Assembly: GCA_010093995.1 (NCBI GenBank) | Contig: ML992510.1 | Location: 1,119,339-1,183,338 of the forward strand | Direction: 5' to 3' | Length of the DNA: 64,000 nucleotides | Source of the DNA: Elsinoe ampelina | Taxonomy: Eukaryota | Part shown: positions 12,554 to 25,919 of the stretch, piece by piece | Position numbering within the stretch: position 1 is the stretch's first letter | How the letters are laid out: each line of letters opens with the position of its first letter | Notes under the pieces: generated by a model | Database searches by the model: none | What the model was told of the DNA's origin: nothing | What the model saw: only the letters and a program-made list of their open reading frames with translations | Translations under genes and position numbers: made by a program

Positions 12554-13613
12554 ATGCACACCGTCCCAGGCGTGGACGTCGCGTCCCACCTCTCCGACCG
12601 CCTCCTCTTCGCCGTCCCTAAGAAAGGTCGACTGAACGAGCAATCTCTCCAACTCCTCGCCGGTTCCGACATCCAATTCCACCGACACAACCGCCTCGAC
12701 ATTGCCCTCGTCAAGAACCACCCGATTGCTCTGGTGTTCCTCCCTGCGGCCGACATCCCGACATTCGTAGGCAAGGGAAATGTAGATCTCGGTATCACAG
12801 GGCGGGACCAGGTCGCAGAGCACTACGACAAGCGGGACCGGACGAGGGATGCGCCTGGTGGTCGGAGACGGACGATGGATGGGTCGGTGGTGGAGGAGGG
12901 AGTGGAGGAGGTGATGGATTTGGGGTTCGGGAGGTGCAAGTTGCAGGTACAAGTGCCTGAGGCGAGTGGGATCAATGATCCGAAAGAGCTGGTGGGGAAG
13001 GATGTGGTGACGAGTTATACGAATCTGGTGGAGGAGTACTTCCAAGGACTGGAGGCAGAGGTGTATGGCAAGGAGGGTGTGAATGGGGACGGGAAGAGGC
13101 AGCTGAAGACGAGGATAGATTATGTCGGTGGTAGTGTCGAGGCGGCGTGTGCGATGGGTGTGGCGGACGGGATTGTGGATCTCGTGGAGTCAGGTGAGAC
13201 GATGAGGGCGTCCGGATTGAAGGCGATCAGCACCGTGTTTGAGAGCTCAGCGGTGTTGATTCGGAGTAAGCGGCCGAGTAACGTAGAGATGATTGATCTC
13301 ATCACGAGCCGGATAAGGGGTGTCATCAGTGAGTCTAGCAGATGGTATAAAGCGCGGGACATGCTGACCTTCTACAGCCGCACAAAGATACGTCCTTTGC
13401 ACATACAATGTCGAGCGATCAGTATTACCACAGGCTGTCAAGATAACGCCAGGTAAACGAGCACCCACCGTGACATCTCTTGAAGACGCCAACTGGGTCG
13501 CCGTACAGGCAATGGTGGAACGATCCAAAATGGCCATCATAATGGACCAGATCATGGACCTCGGCGGCACTGACATTCTCATCACAAAACTCGAGAACTC
13601 CCGAGCAACATAG
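12554..13613 (+). CDS. HIS1: ATP phosphoribosyltransferase; one intron near 13330-13377
   Basis: LLFAVPKKGRL, DLGITGRD, GSVEAAC..DGIVDLVESGETM; last exon contains TPGKRAPT. Confidence 0.97.
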
Positions 13614-13710
13614 ATAATCATAATATCATCAAAATATGTAGCATTATATACCCTGGCTTTGCGATTTACACAAGCCGTACATGCTCCATATCAGGCCGTC
13701 CCTTCGGTCA

Positions 13711-15194
13711 TCACACTAGACCCTTCTCCTCGCGAGCCTTCTCCTCTTCCCACTTCTTGAAATCGAATCCCAGCTCCTCCACGCTCTTGATAGTCCACCT
13801 CTCCTCGCCCAAATCGTGATAAGCCTTCTTTATAGCCGGAAAGCGCTCCCGTAGCCAGAACTCCTGCTCACCCCAGCGAGGCGGCTCCTTCCCCTTTCCT
13901 GGCTCGTCAGAGCTCATAGCCCAGTCGTGCATCATGTTAATGTACTCCGCATCCTTGGGAAACTTGAGAAGGTGGAAGTTTCGTCCAACCCCTGACTCCT
14001 CCTGTTGACGCTCCTCCCAGGCTTCCATCTCTGCTTCTGATGGGAGCGAGATGCGGTTGGACCATAGGCGGGCTATTACGGCTGCTTGGGCCTCGGCCAT
14101 AGGGAAGGGAATGACGCGCTGTTGGAGGACGGGCATAGCTAGTGTGGGGATGGGGCGGTAGAAGAGGTGCTGGTAGGTGTTGTCGACATGGGTGCCGTCG
14201 GTGATGAGTGGAGGGTCGACCTCGAGCCAGGGGAAGGAGTAGAAGTAGCCGGTGCAGAAGAGCAGGGCGTCGATGTCTCGTTCGACATGACCGTTCATGA
14301 AGGTGGCGGAGTGGTCGGAGGGATCGAGGTGTGCAATCTCGGGTAGATCCAGGCGGTGAGTTCCTGAGTCAGACAGTAAGAACGATTCTGAGCGAGTCGA
14401 TTGCAAGAGAGGCTGGGCGCAAGTAGTGATGATTTGTGTGGCGATGTCGACACCTGAAGCGCCATTACCTATCAGGAGGGTTTTCTGGTAGACGATTAGA
14501 TGTGGTCAGAGCGTCACGGATACACACGTACCTTGCCACGATAGTCTTCGGGAGTCTTATAGAACATGGAGTGAGAGATGCTGTCCGGATCTTGTGATCG
14601 CCACTTGTCCAATCCTTTGATGGCAGGTATGTGTGGGACATTGAAGTGTCCATTGCTGGCTATGATGGCATCGTAGTGGAATTGCTGACGTTGCTTGTCT
14701 GCATTTTCAGTCGTGATTTGCCACCCGGGTAATATATCATCGTCCGATGGCTGAGCTTTAATTATGCGAGTGCCAAATTTGATGAGATGCTGTACGTCCT
14801 TCGCATAGTGCTCGATATATTCCGTGACAGTCTCGTGACGAGGGAACAACGACGAGTTCTTCGGCCAGGGCAGATCGGAGAAGCCCATCAGCCCGCGGGG
14901 TATATTGGTCTCCAGACGATCGTATACCGGCGAGAGGAACGTGTCGGGTGATGCATTTTCATTTGGATCCTGGTCATGTCTGGTTTGCGGTATAGGATAG
15001 TCGGGTGAAACACGCTTGTGTGAAGATTTGTAGTCCCAAAGGCCGCCAATCTTAGCGCGTTGTTCAAAGATGTCTATTCGCTGAAAGGCGTTTTCCGCCA
15101 ACAGGTACTTGGCTGAGGCTATACCAGAGGGACCAGCGCCAACGATAGCTACAGAGGAGATATTTAATATCCTATTGCATGCTGACGGCATCAT
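13711..15194 (-). CDS. Flavin-dependent monooxygenase (FMO1-like); intron 14485-14531
   Basis: GAGPSG FAD motif, HSMFYK FMO signature, GNGASG NADPH motif, CTGY. Confidence 0.92.
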
Positions 15195-16438
15195 CAAACA
15201 TAAAAGGACAAAATGAATGAATGACAACCAGGGTTCAGACGGTCGTGGAAGACCACATGAAGTGGATGCCAAGAGATATCACATCATCCCCGTTTCGATG
15301 CTATACATCACCCAGGCAAGCATGAATACTGCACTAGGTATCTGCTTCTCCGACTGCGCGTGGCATTGGAATGAGATACCAGGAAAACATGAGATGAATA
15401 GTGAGTATTAGCTAGGTATTGTAGACAGCATGCAGAGGGGTTACAGTATTGTCTATCTCCGCTTACTGTTTGTACGGAGAATGCTTGACCATAACGCCGG
15501 TCAAATTAACCAGGACGCTTCAAGGCGGCCGTCAAAATGACTCAATGGCGCTCTGGTTGAAAACGTCGTGTTGCGGCAAACGCCGTTCAGGCCATTAACG
15601 CCGCGGTCGCCAAAAAGGGATGAAAAGGATCTCATCTCGTGGGAAAGTCTCCGAACGGACGAACCAGGCGCCGAGGGATACTCAAAGGTAGGACCCATTC
15701 GTCTCCCAGTGCGGACATGGAATACAGGATTTTCGCGCCAAAGAGACTCTATCCTGGTCGGATGTCGTTGAATTATAAATCCTGCAAAAGACGTGCTCGG
15801 AGACTTTGATGCACGCTGCAGCTCCACGTGGTTGTACACAGGCGGGGACATGGGGAGGAACAAGGGAAGATGCAGCTGGCGGCGGAGGAACTTGACCCAG
15901 TCGGCCATCGGACGAAAACGCCCGGGCAAACTGTGACCGACAATGGCTCAATTTTTCTCATTCCTCCCTCCAACCCATCTCCACCACCGCCCGTTGCACA
16001 CTGGTGGCCTACTTGCTGACATGTCGTTGCCCTCATACATGCACAACCTGCTTACGCCAACACTCCGGTCGGTGAGCCACAAGGGGTTTGCCCGTAGACC
16101 CACCCATCTAAAATCTCATCTTGTAACCCAATTGCTGTCTCAACCACCCGGCTCGGATGAATTGCGTGCTAGGCAATCGACTCATTGCTTGTTCCAACGT
16201 TGCAATCATCCACTGGCGGCTTATGTCCGGAGACTATCCTGCCTGTTACAATGTCGCCATGCGAAGCATCTCCTATCTCCATGGTTGTTGCCCGATATAA
16301 GTATACCAGTCCTTCCTCTACTGACAACAGCCACCACAACTTGAAACCTTGCAGCACTACATACAGCTTCGGCAAGTCATCTTCACCATACATTCACCTA
16401 AAACTTTCCATCAGTCCAATATACCATCAACATCACCA

Positions 16439-18175
16439 ATGTCGGAAGCCGCCACTCCCAATCGGGAGCAGGGTCTCGCACCACCCAAAGAAAAAGACAT
16501 GCCAGCATCGTCCAGAACTAGCATCAGCGGACACAGCAGCCATGATCTGGAACTCACAGAGGAAAAGACAATCGATGGCGGTGAGCTTCAACCAGTCGTC
16601 ACCAGTGGTTATGCCACTGGCGCACGTCTGGTGGGAATCGTCTTGGCTCTTGTCCTCTCCATCTTCCTGGTCGCCCTTGACATGACCATTGTCGCCACCG
16701 CCATCCCCAAGATCACCGATGAATTTCAATCACTCGAAGATGTCGGATGGTACGGCAGCGCCTTCTTCCTGCTTGTCGCCAGCAGCACCAACATGTTCGG
16801 AAAAGCATACAAGTTCTTCCCCCTAAAGATCGTCTTCCTAACCAGCATCGCCATCTTCGAGATTGGTTCGCTCTTGTGCGCTGTTGCACCCAACTCGGTC
16901 GCCCTGATCGTCGGTCGTGCCATTGCGGGTCTTGGTGGTGCCGGTCTCGCTTCAGGAGCATACTCGATCATCGCTCTCTCGGTCCCACCCAAGCAAGCTC
17001 CAGCATACACCGGTATTCTCGGCGCTACCTACGGTGTCGCATCTGTCGTCGGCCCGCTCCTTGGTGGTGTCTTTTCCGACTCTGTCTCCTGGAGATGGTG
17101 CTTCTACATCAACCTCCCGATCGGTGGTGTCAGCGCTGCGATTATTCTTTTCTTCTTCCAGACGCCAAAGCGTGCAAAGATCCTTCAGGCGACATGGAAA
17201 GAGAAGATGCTACAGCTCGACTTGTCTGGTACCTTCCTCCTTACAGCCTCGATTGTCTGTCTCGTTCTGGCTCTCCAGTGGGGTGGTACCACCAAGACTT
17301 GGGGCAACAGAGATGTCATTGGCACTCTCGTCGGTTTCGTCCTCATAATGATCATCTTCGGCATCAACGAGTACTTTGTCCGCGACAGGGCTCTCTTCAC
17401 ACCAAAGCTCATGAACAACAAGACCATCATCCTCATGTGCGTTTTCATCACTCTCACGGGCGGCGGCTTCTTCACTCTGTTGTACTATCTCCCAATCTAC
17501 TTCCAGAGCATTGACGGGGTCTCGGCAGCCATGAGCGGCGTCCGCAATTTGCCTCTGATTCTGGCTGTTTCCCTCTTCTCCATCGTCTCTGGGGTTGTAA
17601 TCACTATTACGGGACATTACGCACCAGTGCTTGCCATTGGTGCCTCCCTCACCACAATCGGTGCTGGTCTGCTCTACACCTGGGACATTGGTACTCCCAC
17701 GGCTCAATGGATTGGGTACCAACTCCTGCCAGGTATCGGTGTCGGTCTTACCCTTCAGATCCCTGTCATTGTCGGCCAGAGTATCGTTGACCCAGAGGAT
17801 GTCTCCTCCGTCACGGCTATAATTCTCTTCTTCCAGACCGTCTCGGGTAGCATCTTCGTCGCAGTGGCTCAGTCACTCTTCACGAACCGTATCGTTGCCT
17901 ACACGGCCCAGAATATCCCCGATCTCAGCCCGGCACAAGTCATTTCGACTGGCGCCAGTGAACTTCGCCACGTATTCTTCGGCGAGCAGTTGCAGGGTGT
18001 ACTCAGGGCATACATGGCCGGTCTCAAGGATGCTTATGCCCTGGTCATTCCTCTCGCCGGCCTCGGTGCAGTGGTAGCTTTCTTGGTAGTTGCATGGGAC
18101 TATCGTGTGCTAAACCAGGCCAAGTCCTCAGACACTGAGCAGGCCGAGGTTGCTTCGGACAAGGAAAAGGCATGA
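16439..18175 (+). CDS. MFS DHA2/DHA14 14-TM efflux pump (AflT/GliA-like)
   Basis: [21 protein letters not shown] and [12 protein letters not shown] motifs; many hydrophobic segments. Confidence 0.93.
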   Translation: MSEAATPNREQGLAPPKEKDMPASSRTSISGHSSHDLELTEEKTIDGGELQPVVTSGYATGARLVGIVLALVLSIFLVALDMTIVATAIPKITDEFQSLEDVGWYGSAFFLLVASSTNMFGKAYKFFPLKIVFLTSIAIFEIGSLLCAVAPNSVALIVGRAIAGLGGAGLASGAYSIIALSVPPKQAPAYTGILGATYGVASVVGPLLGGVFSDSVSWRWCFYINLPIGGVSAAIILFFFQTPKRAKILQATWKEKMLQLDLSGTFLLTASIVCLVLALQWGGTTKTWGNRDVIGTLVGFVLIMIIFGINEYFVRDRALFTPKLMNNKTIILMCVFITLTGGGFFTLLYYLPIYFQSIDGVSAAMSGVRNLPLILAVSLFSIVSGVVITITGHYAPVLAIGASLTTIGAGLLYTWDIGTPTAQWIGYQLLPGIGVGLTLQIPVIVGQSIVDPEDVSSVTAIILFFQTVSGSIFVAVAQSLFTNRIVAYTAQNIPDLSPAQVISTGASELRHVFFGEQLQGVLRAYMAGLKDAYALVIPLAGLGAVVAFLVVAWDYRVLNQAKSSDTEQAEVASDKEKA

Positions 18176-19651
18176 GCTCACGCTCTAAACAAAGGTCAGA
18201 TTGTACAGGATTAGACAGGGGTTCAGTGCAAGGATTGATTTCAAGCATGGCGATAGGAGTTTGTGGTTGACGAAGTCACGAGGTTGCTCTCTTCTCGATG
18301 TACAATACATAATTAGATTACAGCATGATTGCAATGCGCACGCATATGCATCAAAGAACAAATCACCTGTCCTGTGACGTGGCACAGCGAATTCAGCGCG
18401 CGTACCTGCAGCATGTCGCTTACAGAGCTGGACGCTGATTGCGTACCGAGAGATGGGATGCATGACCTGTCAAAAACACTGTGCAACCGTGACAACATGG
18501 TAGGACAGGGATGACACTGACAGGCGGGACAAGGTTACACAAAGAGGGGACGACCAGGAGACGATCAGAGACGACTCGGCCGGAGCAGGAAAACCCTGAC
18601 CTGAAATGAGTGATCAAAGCATCACCGCGAGCAGAAAGGCTGCCACTTCCAAGAGACGCGATCAGGATTTGCTACCAGGATACTCTCCACGTGAACGACC
18701 AATTTTGCGCGCCATTCGCGGGTGTGGCTGTGACCATGGAAGATGAAAACCAGATCACCAAGGCAGATTATTACAAGACACATTATTATACTCTGGCGCC
18801 GTCACTTGGAAAGACATACGATTCTTTTAGTCTTATCACTCGCCCTTGCATATCGCAATATTGTTAATCTCCATGCGGCGGCCCACGGGAAAGCATCAAG
18901 CGAGAACGTGACGGCTAGATAAATTACCTGTCATCACGGCGAGTAGATTGACGTGCATCAAGTATCGGATGTTGGCTCGGTTTGATCGACCCGGGACACT
19001 CGAAGACGAGTCCAATTAATAGACGAGCCGCGGCTTTGTCCCCTTGTCCTCAACGAGTCTGTCTAGTGTGTGGAGACTGTGGACTGGGAAGACTGGTAGT
19101 ATCCTTTCTAGCTGGCCTTGATGGATCCAATGACTCTCTCCACACTAACAAAGTTTACCCATGCTTTTCAGGGACAACTTTGGAAGCGGACAAGCTCTCA
19201 CAAAGTGATACAGATGTCCGTTAAGATGCTAACGTGCAGTTGCCCGTTGCAGATGTCCGTTGACCCTCCCCCCGATCCATCATCCCCCTACCTCGGTGGT
19301 CCGGTACATCGACACCTCGCGCAGGACCGTTGACAAGAAGAGCTCGTGCATCTCGTGCATTGAACATCCTGGTCGTCTGTAATTTCTCCCTTTGTAAAAC
19401 AAACCTCAACCACGGCTCGTTTGCTACCTCCCATCCATCAAACCACAGATCTCTACATCTTCCCCCGAGTCAAACCACTCCCTCCGGGGCTGATCTTCCA
19501 AGCTCTGCAAAAGCCAGAGTCAGTCCGTCGCGCCTCGGTCTCTCATTCGTCAAAGTCCCTAAACCCCCCCAAATGCGGCCAGGGAAAGGGCGCTTGACTC
19601 CCGGCTCGTTCTTGGTCGATTGGTCGTAGCCGTCGATCAGGCGCGGCCGCC

Positions 19652-22600
19652 ATGTCGCAACTTTCGCCCTCTCGTCCAAGGGCCCGCAGCAATGTTACAG
19701 TTCGCATAGCGAGGACAGACGACGACTCGCAGATCCAGAGACATAATTTCTACATTTCCGCAGACCGCTCTGCCCAACTAAAACGGGTTCCCAGTCCCCT
19801 GGCCACCACTCATATCCCCTATGAACGCCATCAATACGACCAAGTGACATCTGCTGGCCGGAGTCCACGGAGTCCATATTCGCCAGCTCCCCTCACCGCC
19901 GGCTCATCAGGTTCTCAAAACTCATCGGGGACACCGCCATCGCCTAGTCGTCAAAAGGGTTCGACGGGCGATAAGACCTTTGACTCTATCAAAGCCGCCG
20001 CTTCACGACATGCTATTCTGGAGAGGTCGAGGGAAGAAGCAAAGTCAAGAGCAAGGGACGAGAGAATACAGCAGATGCAGGCACGAGGTATGGCTGGGTC
20101 TGCCTCAGGACCTCCGCTATCTACGGGTGATGGCACCCCCTCGCCACGGCTGCAAGTCATGAACTCGGCGCCTATCCAGCTACAGACGGACATCTCTACT
20201 AAGCGAACTGCATCGCTGGATTCCACCATGTCTCTATCACAAAGTCCATCGACGGCGTTTCAACCGCCCCAAATGCCGCCGATAGAGGATCCACAAGCTG
20301 TTGATATACCAGCCTTGATAGCAGCGGCTGGATCGCCTGAAGCAGCCATCCGGAAACTTCTGCATGAAAAGCACGAAGCGGCAAAGACAAATGCTCAATT
20401 ATGGCGATTAATGAACAAGCAGAAGGGGATGATGGAGACCTTGAACAAGGACTTGCAAAAGGCAGTCAAGGACAAGGATCGATACAGGAGGAAACTCAAG
20501 GAACAATTAATTTCTTCAGCATCAGTCTCGACCATGCCAGGATCTGCCATCCGATCGAGCATTGCCGACGAACGAGACGACAGCCAGTCGCCGAGCTTGA
20601 GCGAGCCGCCAGAGGATGTCATGGGATTGGGAAGGATGCCGAGCATCAGGAGCGAGGGAACGGACGATAATCTTAATACGCCATCATACACGGTCAGCTC
20701 ATTCAGTTCGCAGACGCCCGCATCGTCACTGGTCAGTCCGATGTACGTCAAGCCGATGGCTGCACCATTTTCAGATCGGAACGAATTACGATCACCACTG
20801 AGAGGACCTGAGATGAGCCAATTGAAATCGCCAGGTCTACCAGAACACAGAGTACCGACTGGCTCTCCTCCAGCATTGGTCACCAACGATCCGATGCAGC
20901 AAATGCATTCGCCGAAAGAACTGATGAGGGAGGACTCCGACATTCTCAACCGAACACCAAAGGTCAGCCAGATGCAAGGAAAGGGTGGCTTCTCGGCCGC
21001 GAAAGACCGGACACAATCGCTTGCTCGTAAAGGTCCTCCGGCACCTCTAGACCTGTCTCCGCAAAAAGCTTCGCAAATGGTAGACAATTCGAGCAGCGAC
21101 TATGCTGATTCGAGTGGTGGCTCATCCAACCTGGAACGTGGACGGAGAAAGACGAGAGCAGATGATGAGCGTGACAGAGAAGTGGAAATGCAAGAACGGG
21201 AGGAACAAGATCGGATAGCGAGGAGAGAAGCTGAGAAGCTCCGACTCGGAAGGCTTGAACGGCCACCACTCGAACGTGATATATCAATGGGCAACATGTC
21301 AATCACGAGCGAAGGATACAGTTCGCCGGAAGAGCCAGGATCTCCACACATCGCACAAGTCCAGACATATCAGTCACTCAATGCGCTCAATGCGCAGCTC
21401 AAGACTCCACAAGATCTTGAGTTTGCAGCAGAGCTGAAGAAGTCCATGGCACAGCATTCGGTCAGTAGTCCAGGTCTACCCATCAGTCCGCGACCAGCAG
21501 AGCGACCAGGAACAGCGCCAAATCCTACGCCTCGAAATCCTGGTAACCTGATATCTCCTCGCGCACCAAAGCAGCCAATTCCTGTGCCACCTCAGACACC
21601 ACTTACCACTGCGTCGCCGCATCTGACCCGGGCAGAGACTTATCCAAACCACGTAAAGGTGGAGGAGCCAGACACAGCTGCCACGGAAATGTTCGATGAG
21701 GATTCGATCACACCGCTGAGCAATACGCTGTTTTCGCCTGCAGGACCAGGCCCACGTACCCCAGGCGATATCTACAAGGGCTTCATGACCGACCAATGGC
21801 CTGGATTACTCTTACCACCCAACGCATTGCCATCAATCTACGTCAGAGTGGACTCTTCGCGGTTGAGACCGTCGAGGTATAGCTACATGGCCCCGAAGAC
21901 TTCGCAGGAGAATCCTGTCTTCAGTCTGGCAATTTACGCTAGGGACGACAATGCTCAGCTCTGGCGAATTGAGAAGACCTTGCTGGCCCTTACACAATTA
22001 GATGCGCAGCTCAAGTCTTCTTCGAAATTCAGAATGCGATTACCCGATCGAGCGCTGTTTCAAGGTCATGCCCCAGCCAGAATTGACGCAAGGAGATCCG
22101 CTCTGGGCAAATACTTTGATGTCATGCTCGACACGCCAATGGACGAGCAGGCTGCAAGCGTGGTCTGCGCGTTCCTTTCTTCTGACGCCATCGGTGCCGA
22201 AGTCAAGGAGTATTTCCAGGCCTCCCACATCCCCACTGGATCATCAGATAGTAACGAGCCAGTCAAGCCCAAGCCACGAAAGGATGGCTATCTCACCAAG
22301 AAAGGCAAGAACTTTGGTGGCTGGATTGCTCGATACTTTGTTTGCGATGGCCCAACTCTCAAGTATTTCGAAGCTCCTGGTGGGGCACAACTAGGTGCTA
22401 TCAAGCTCCAGTACGCATCGATTGGACGCCAGACTGCCAAGAGCGCACAAGAAGAGCTCGACGAGGAACACCAATTCCGACACGCTTTCTTGGTCCTCGA
22501 GCCGAAGAAGAGGGACAAGCAGAACTACGTCAAGCATGTCCTGTGCGCGGAGAGTGACGAAGAGCGCGATGCTTGGGTCAAGTGCCTGATGCAATACGTT

Positions 22601-25153
22601 GAGAACCCCGAAGAATCGAGACGACCTTTGACTGCCCGGCAGTTGACCGCACCTGACAGCCCGAAGAGTCCAAGAGTCCATAAGAGCATGAATGACATCA
22701 GGCGGCAAGATCCTCAGAGTTCAGCCAACTCACCTGAGATGCAGAGTCAGCTGCGCGCAGTCATCTACGACAACACCACAGCAGCAGACGCACCCGTCAT
22801 GGGCGGTCTCACCGTTGCCAATTCGCCTTCTCCGCCACTTGATGATCCGGAAGAGAGGATGCCGAACACACCACTACCAGTCATCTCTGGCCCGAAGAAT
22901 GGCATGAAGATCGAGGATGCTGGTGTCTGGGGCAACAAACGAGGACCTAATGTGTTGACCAAGGAATACAAGGAAAAGGACCATTCCCGTGATCAGCAGA
23001 AAGACAAGGAGCGGAAGCGTAGTATCTTCGCTTTCAAGGGACGATCTTCGACCGAGTCTACTCCGCGGGAGAGCATGTCCCAGAAAGAGCAAGGGGAGTC
23101 GCCCGCTCCTCGCGCCGTCTTCGGTGCTCATCTGGCGGAGGCTGTCGAATTCGCAGCACCTACCGATGTGCCTGTCCGACTACCGGCTGTGGTCTACCGT
23201 TGCATTGAGTACCTCCGTGCGCATGACGCTATCCATGAAGAAGGCATTTTCCGAATGTCTGGTTCCAATTTGGTCATTCGCGGTCTCAAGGAGCGATTCA
23301 ACTCGGAAGGAGATGTGCATTTGCTTGCCGCTGGTGAGCAAATGTACGACATTCACGCTGTTGCAAGCTTACTCAAGCTGTACTTTCGTGAACTGCCCAG
23401 CACCATCTTGACTCGAGATCTGCATCTGGACTTTGTCTCTTGTTTGGATCTGGATGGTAAGACCAAAGTTGAGGCATTCAACATCTTGGTCAACAGACTT
23501 CCTGCGCCCAATCGGGAGCTTTTAGAGAACTTGACTGCTTTCCTGAGGGAGATTGTGGACAATGAGGCTACTAACAAGATGAATGTCAGGAATGTTGGGA
23601 TTGTCTTCTCGCCCACGCTTAACATTCCTGCTCCGCTCATCTCGCTCTTCGTCACTGACCATGGCAAGATCTTTGGCGCGCCGATTGATATTGCCAGTGT
23701 TGAGAGCAAGCTGCCACAGCTCTTGTCGAGCCAGCCTGGTTCTGCTAATGGCAGTCGATTGACGCTGAACACTGAGGAAGCACGGTCTGGCAAGATGCAC
23801 TTGTATCCTGGCCAGGTCACTCCTTCGTCGGATGCGTCATTCTTTTCGCAACTTAGTGGTGCAGACTACTCCACCGCCCAACGCATGTTCAAGGAGCAGT
23901 ATGATACGGCGTATACACCTCCACCCATGTCAGCTGGTATTCGTGGTCCGCCTCCGGCTCCGATCCACGTTGGAGGGGCAATGCAGCACGAGCTGTCTGC
24001 TCTTCCGCGCAAAATTTCCGAAGCTAGCGAGCCACCTCTGTCTCCAATAAGACTGGCGCACATTCATCCTTCATCCCAGCCTCACCATTCCTTCCACTCG
24101 ATGAAGTTCCCGGATCCACCCATGGCTACTAGTACTTCTTCGGTACCTCTCCCCACCCAACGAGGATCGACTTCGTCAAATGCTCTGACTTCATCACCAA
24201 AGTCTCAGCATACTGTGTCTTCACACTCTTCGACCTCGACTCTCACAAATGGACAACATCGCGAATCGCTTGCATCGAACTCGAATACATCTCGTTCGGC
24301 GAGCACCACTTCCGGATTTGGATCCGGATCTGCGTACTCGAAGAATCTACTCAGTAATCTTAATGATATTGCCATCTCCTCGTCACCCTTGATGGGTGGA
24401 ACATCGCCCGAGTTCAACCGATCGGGCTTCTCACCTCACAACTCCATTGGACCTGGCGCCATACCATCCAACGCCAACAATCCACACTTTGATCCTACCC
24501 AATCGGGCGGACGTCTGGAGTCGTCCCTGACTGCACCTCAAATCGGCACCACTCCTGGATCCAGTCCCTTGATGAATATGCAAACTTCCGCCTCTGGCCC
24601 TGCAGGCGGTCTCAACCCCTATAGTCCAAGTATGTATTCTGCCAAATCCGCCGGGTCAAGCGGGAGCGCCGGTACAATGGGCGGCTCGCACACACCCAAC
24701 CCTTATGCACCCAGCCACTTGAATCCGTACAGTCCCAACGCTCATGCTCACGCCGACACAAGCCGGAACGGCTCTTTGGGTAGCGGAGGCAGCCCCAAGA
24801 CTGCAGATCGCACAGGCAGCCTTGACCAACGAAGCGTGAGCGACACCCGAACCGGCGGTCTCAGCAAAGAACACCAAACTCAAGCAGACCGCACCGGCAG
24901 CTTGGGCAGTCTAGGCAGTAACAAGTCTGGCGGCAGCGGTAAAGAAGAGAAGGAAGGGTTCGGACGGAGGTTGTTGAGGAGGCAGAGTGGGAACTTTTTG
25001 GTCAAGGCCGGGTTCATCGATGCGGAGAAGAGCAAGGGGTTTGTGTCTGGTGGTGGGAGGGAGGGTGTGGCGAGTCCGAGGGATGTCAAAGGAGGATTGG
25101 GATTGGGGGTCAGTAGTCCAAGGACTACGGGGGGTTTTGGGAGGAGGGAGTGA
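19652..25153 (+). CDS. BEM3: PX-PH-RhoGAP protein, Bem3-like
   Basis: PX-like region, PH domain (GYLTKKGKNFGGW), RhoGAP domain (EEGIFRMSG, ASLLKLYFREL, NKMNVRNVGIVFSPTL). Confidence 0.85.
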   Translation: MSQLSPSRPRARSNVTVRIARTDDDSQIQRHNFYISADRSAQLKRVPSPLATTHIPYERHQYDQVTSAGRSPRSPYSPAPLTAGSSGSQNSSGTPPSPSRQKGSTGDKTFDSIKAAASRHAILERSREEAKSRARDERIQQMQARGMAGSASGPPLSTGDGTPSPRLQVMNSAPIQLQTDISTKRTASLDSTMSLSQSPSTAFQPPQMPPIEDPQAVDIPALIAAAGSPEAAIRKLLHEKHEAAKTNAQLWRLMNKQKGMMETLNKDLQKAVKDKDRYRRKLKEQLISSASVSTMPGSAIRSSIADERDDSQSPSLSEPPEDVMGLGRMPSIRSEGTDDNLNTPSYTVSSFSSQTPASSLVSPMYVKPMAAPFSDRNELRSPLRGPEMSQLKSPGLPEHRVPTGSPPALVTNDPMQQMHSPKELMREDSDILNRTPKVSQMQGKGGFSAAKDRTQSLARKGPPAPLDLSPQKASQMVDNSSSDYADSSGGSSNLERGRRKTRADDERDREVEMQEREEQDRIARREAEKLRLGRLERPPLERDISMGNMSITSEGYSSPEEPGSPHIAQVQTYQSLNALNAQLKTPQDLEFAAELKKSMAQHSVSSPGLPISPRPAERPGTAPNPTPRNPGNLISPRAPKQPIPVPPQTPLTTASPHLTRAETYPNHVKVEEPDTAATEMFDEDSITPLSNTLFSPAGPGPRTPGDIYKGFMTDQWPGLLLPPNALPSIYVRVDSSRLRPSRYSYMAPKTSQENPVFSLAIYARDDNAQLWRIEKTLLALTQLDAQLKSSSKFRMRLPDRALFQGHAPARIDARRSALGKYFDVMLDTPMDEQAASVVCAFLSSDAIGAEVKEYFQASHIPTGSSDSNEPVKPKPRKDGYLTKKGKNFGGWIARYFVCDGPTLKYFEAPGGAQLGAIKLQYASIGRQTAKSAQEELDEEHQFRHAFLVLEPKKRDKQNYVKHVLCAESDEERDAWVKCLMQYVENPEESRRPLTARQLTAPDSPKSPRVHKSMNDIRRQDPQSSANSPEMQSQLRAVIYDNTTAADAPVMGGLTVANSPSPPLDDPEERMPNTPLPVISGPKNGMKIEDAGVWGNKRGPNVLTKEYKEKDHSRDQQKDKERKRSIFAFKGRSSTESTPRESMSQKEQGESPAPRAVFGAHLAEAVEFAAPTDVPVRLPAVVYRCIEYLRAHDAIHEEGIFRMSGSNLVIRGLKERFNSEGDVHLLAAGEQMYDIHAVASLLKLYFRELPSTILTRDLHLDFVSCLDLDGKTKVEAFNILVNRLPAPNRELLENLTAFLREIVDNEATNKMNVRNVGIVFSPTLNIPAPLISLFVTDHGKIFGAPIDIASVESKLPQLLSSQPGSANGSRLTLNTEEARSGKMHLYPGQVTPSSDASFFSQLSGADYSTAQRMFKEQYDTAYTPPPMSAGIRGPPPAPIHVGGAMQHELSALPRKISEASEPPLSPIRLAHIHPSSQPHHSFHSMKFPDPPMATSTSSVPLPTQRGSTSSNALTSSPKSQHTVSSHSSTSTLTNGQHRESLASNSNTSRSASTTSGFGSGSAYSKNLLSNLNDIAISSSPLMGGTSPEFNRSGFSPHNSIGPGAIPSNANNPHFDPTQSGGRLESSLTAPQIGTTPGSSPLMNMQTSASGPAGGLNPYSPSMYSAKSAGSSGSAGTMGGSHTPNPYAPSHLNPYSPNAHAHADTSRNGSLGSGGSPKTADRTGSLDQRSVSDTRTGGLSKEHQTQADRTGSLGSLGSNKSGGSGKEEKEGFGRRLLRRQSGNFLVKAGFIDAEKSKGFVSGGGREGVASPRDVKGGLGLGVSSPRTTGGFGRRE

Positions 25154-25919
25154 TCTGGACCCGAGAGACGTATCGCATGAGGGAGGAACAAACAAGACAG
25201 GGGGAGAGGGGAAAGTCAAGCACTCATTTCTGGACTTTGAGTCTCGCTTTCACTCCTAACGGCCTATCGAATGGCGCAACACGGTACATTCTGTTCTTTC
25301 CGGGGGGTCTTTATTTCTGCACACGCATATAGCGCTTTCTTTCTGGGGATGTTGTTTGGCAGGAAGAAGCATAGCAGGGCAAACCGAGCTTTCACGATTG
25401 CTTGAGGGAATACATTGGAAGGGCACATTTGGCGGTTATGATTGGGAAGGGAGGATACATCGATACCCATTTCGCTCTTTGCTTTTTGTTCATGTGGTTG
25501 TTTATTTCGCTGAGATTCTAGTTGAGGTCGAGACAGGTGTTGAGAATGTCAGCTCGGGCAGGAGGCAGGGGAAAGGTAGTTGAGATGGCTCGACGAATTG
25601 TCCGTGTACTGTATGAATGAACATGACAATCTCGGTGAAGGTTGAGCTAGTGCTCGTGATGTTGTGATCTGACGTGTTGTTGATAAGGCACTCTTCGTGG
25701 CGAGCAGGAAGCCAATCAGCAAAGCTTGTGATCACCCAAGGACCTGTGCTCTGCATGTCTATATAAGCCGTTGGAGTGAGGTCCGGGTTTGATGTCAGCT
25801 TCGTGTACTCCGATACTTCTCTCCGGCCATTCTTTATCACACAATCTCTGTCAAGTTTAGGGTAGAATTGTTCGGGATCGTCTACTTGTAATATTCAGAC
25901 CAGACTGGCTGCAACAATC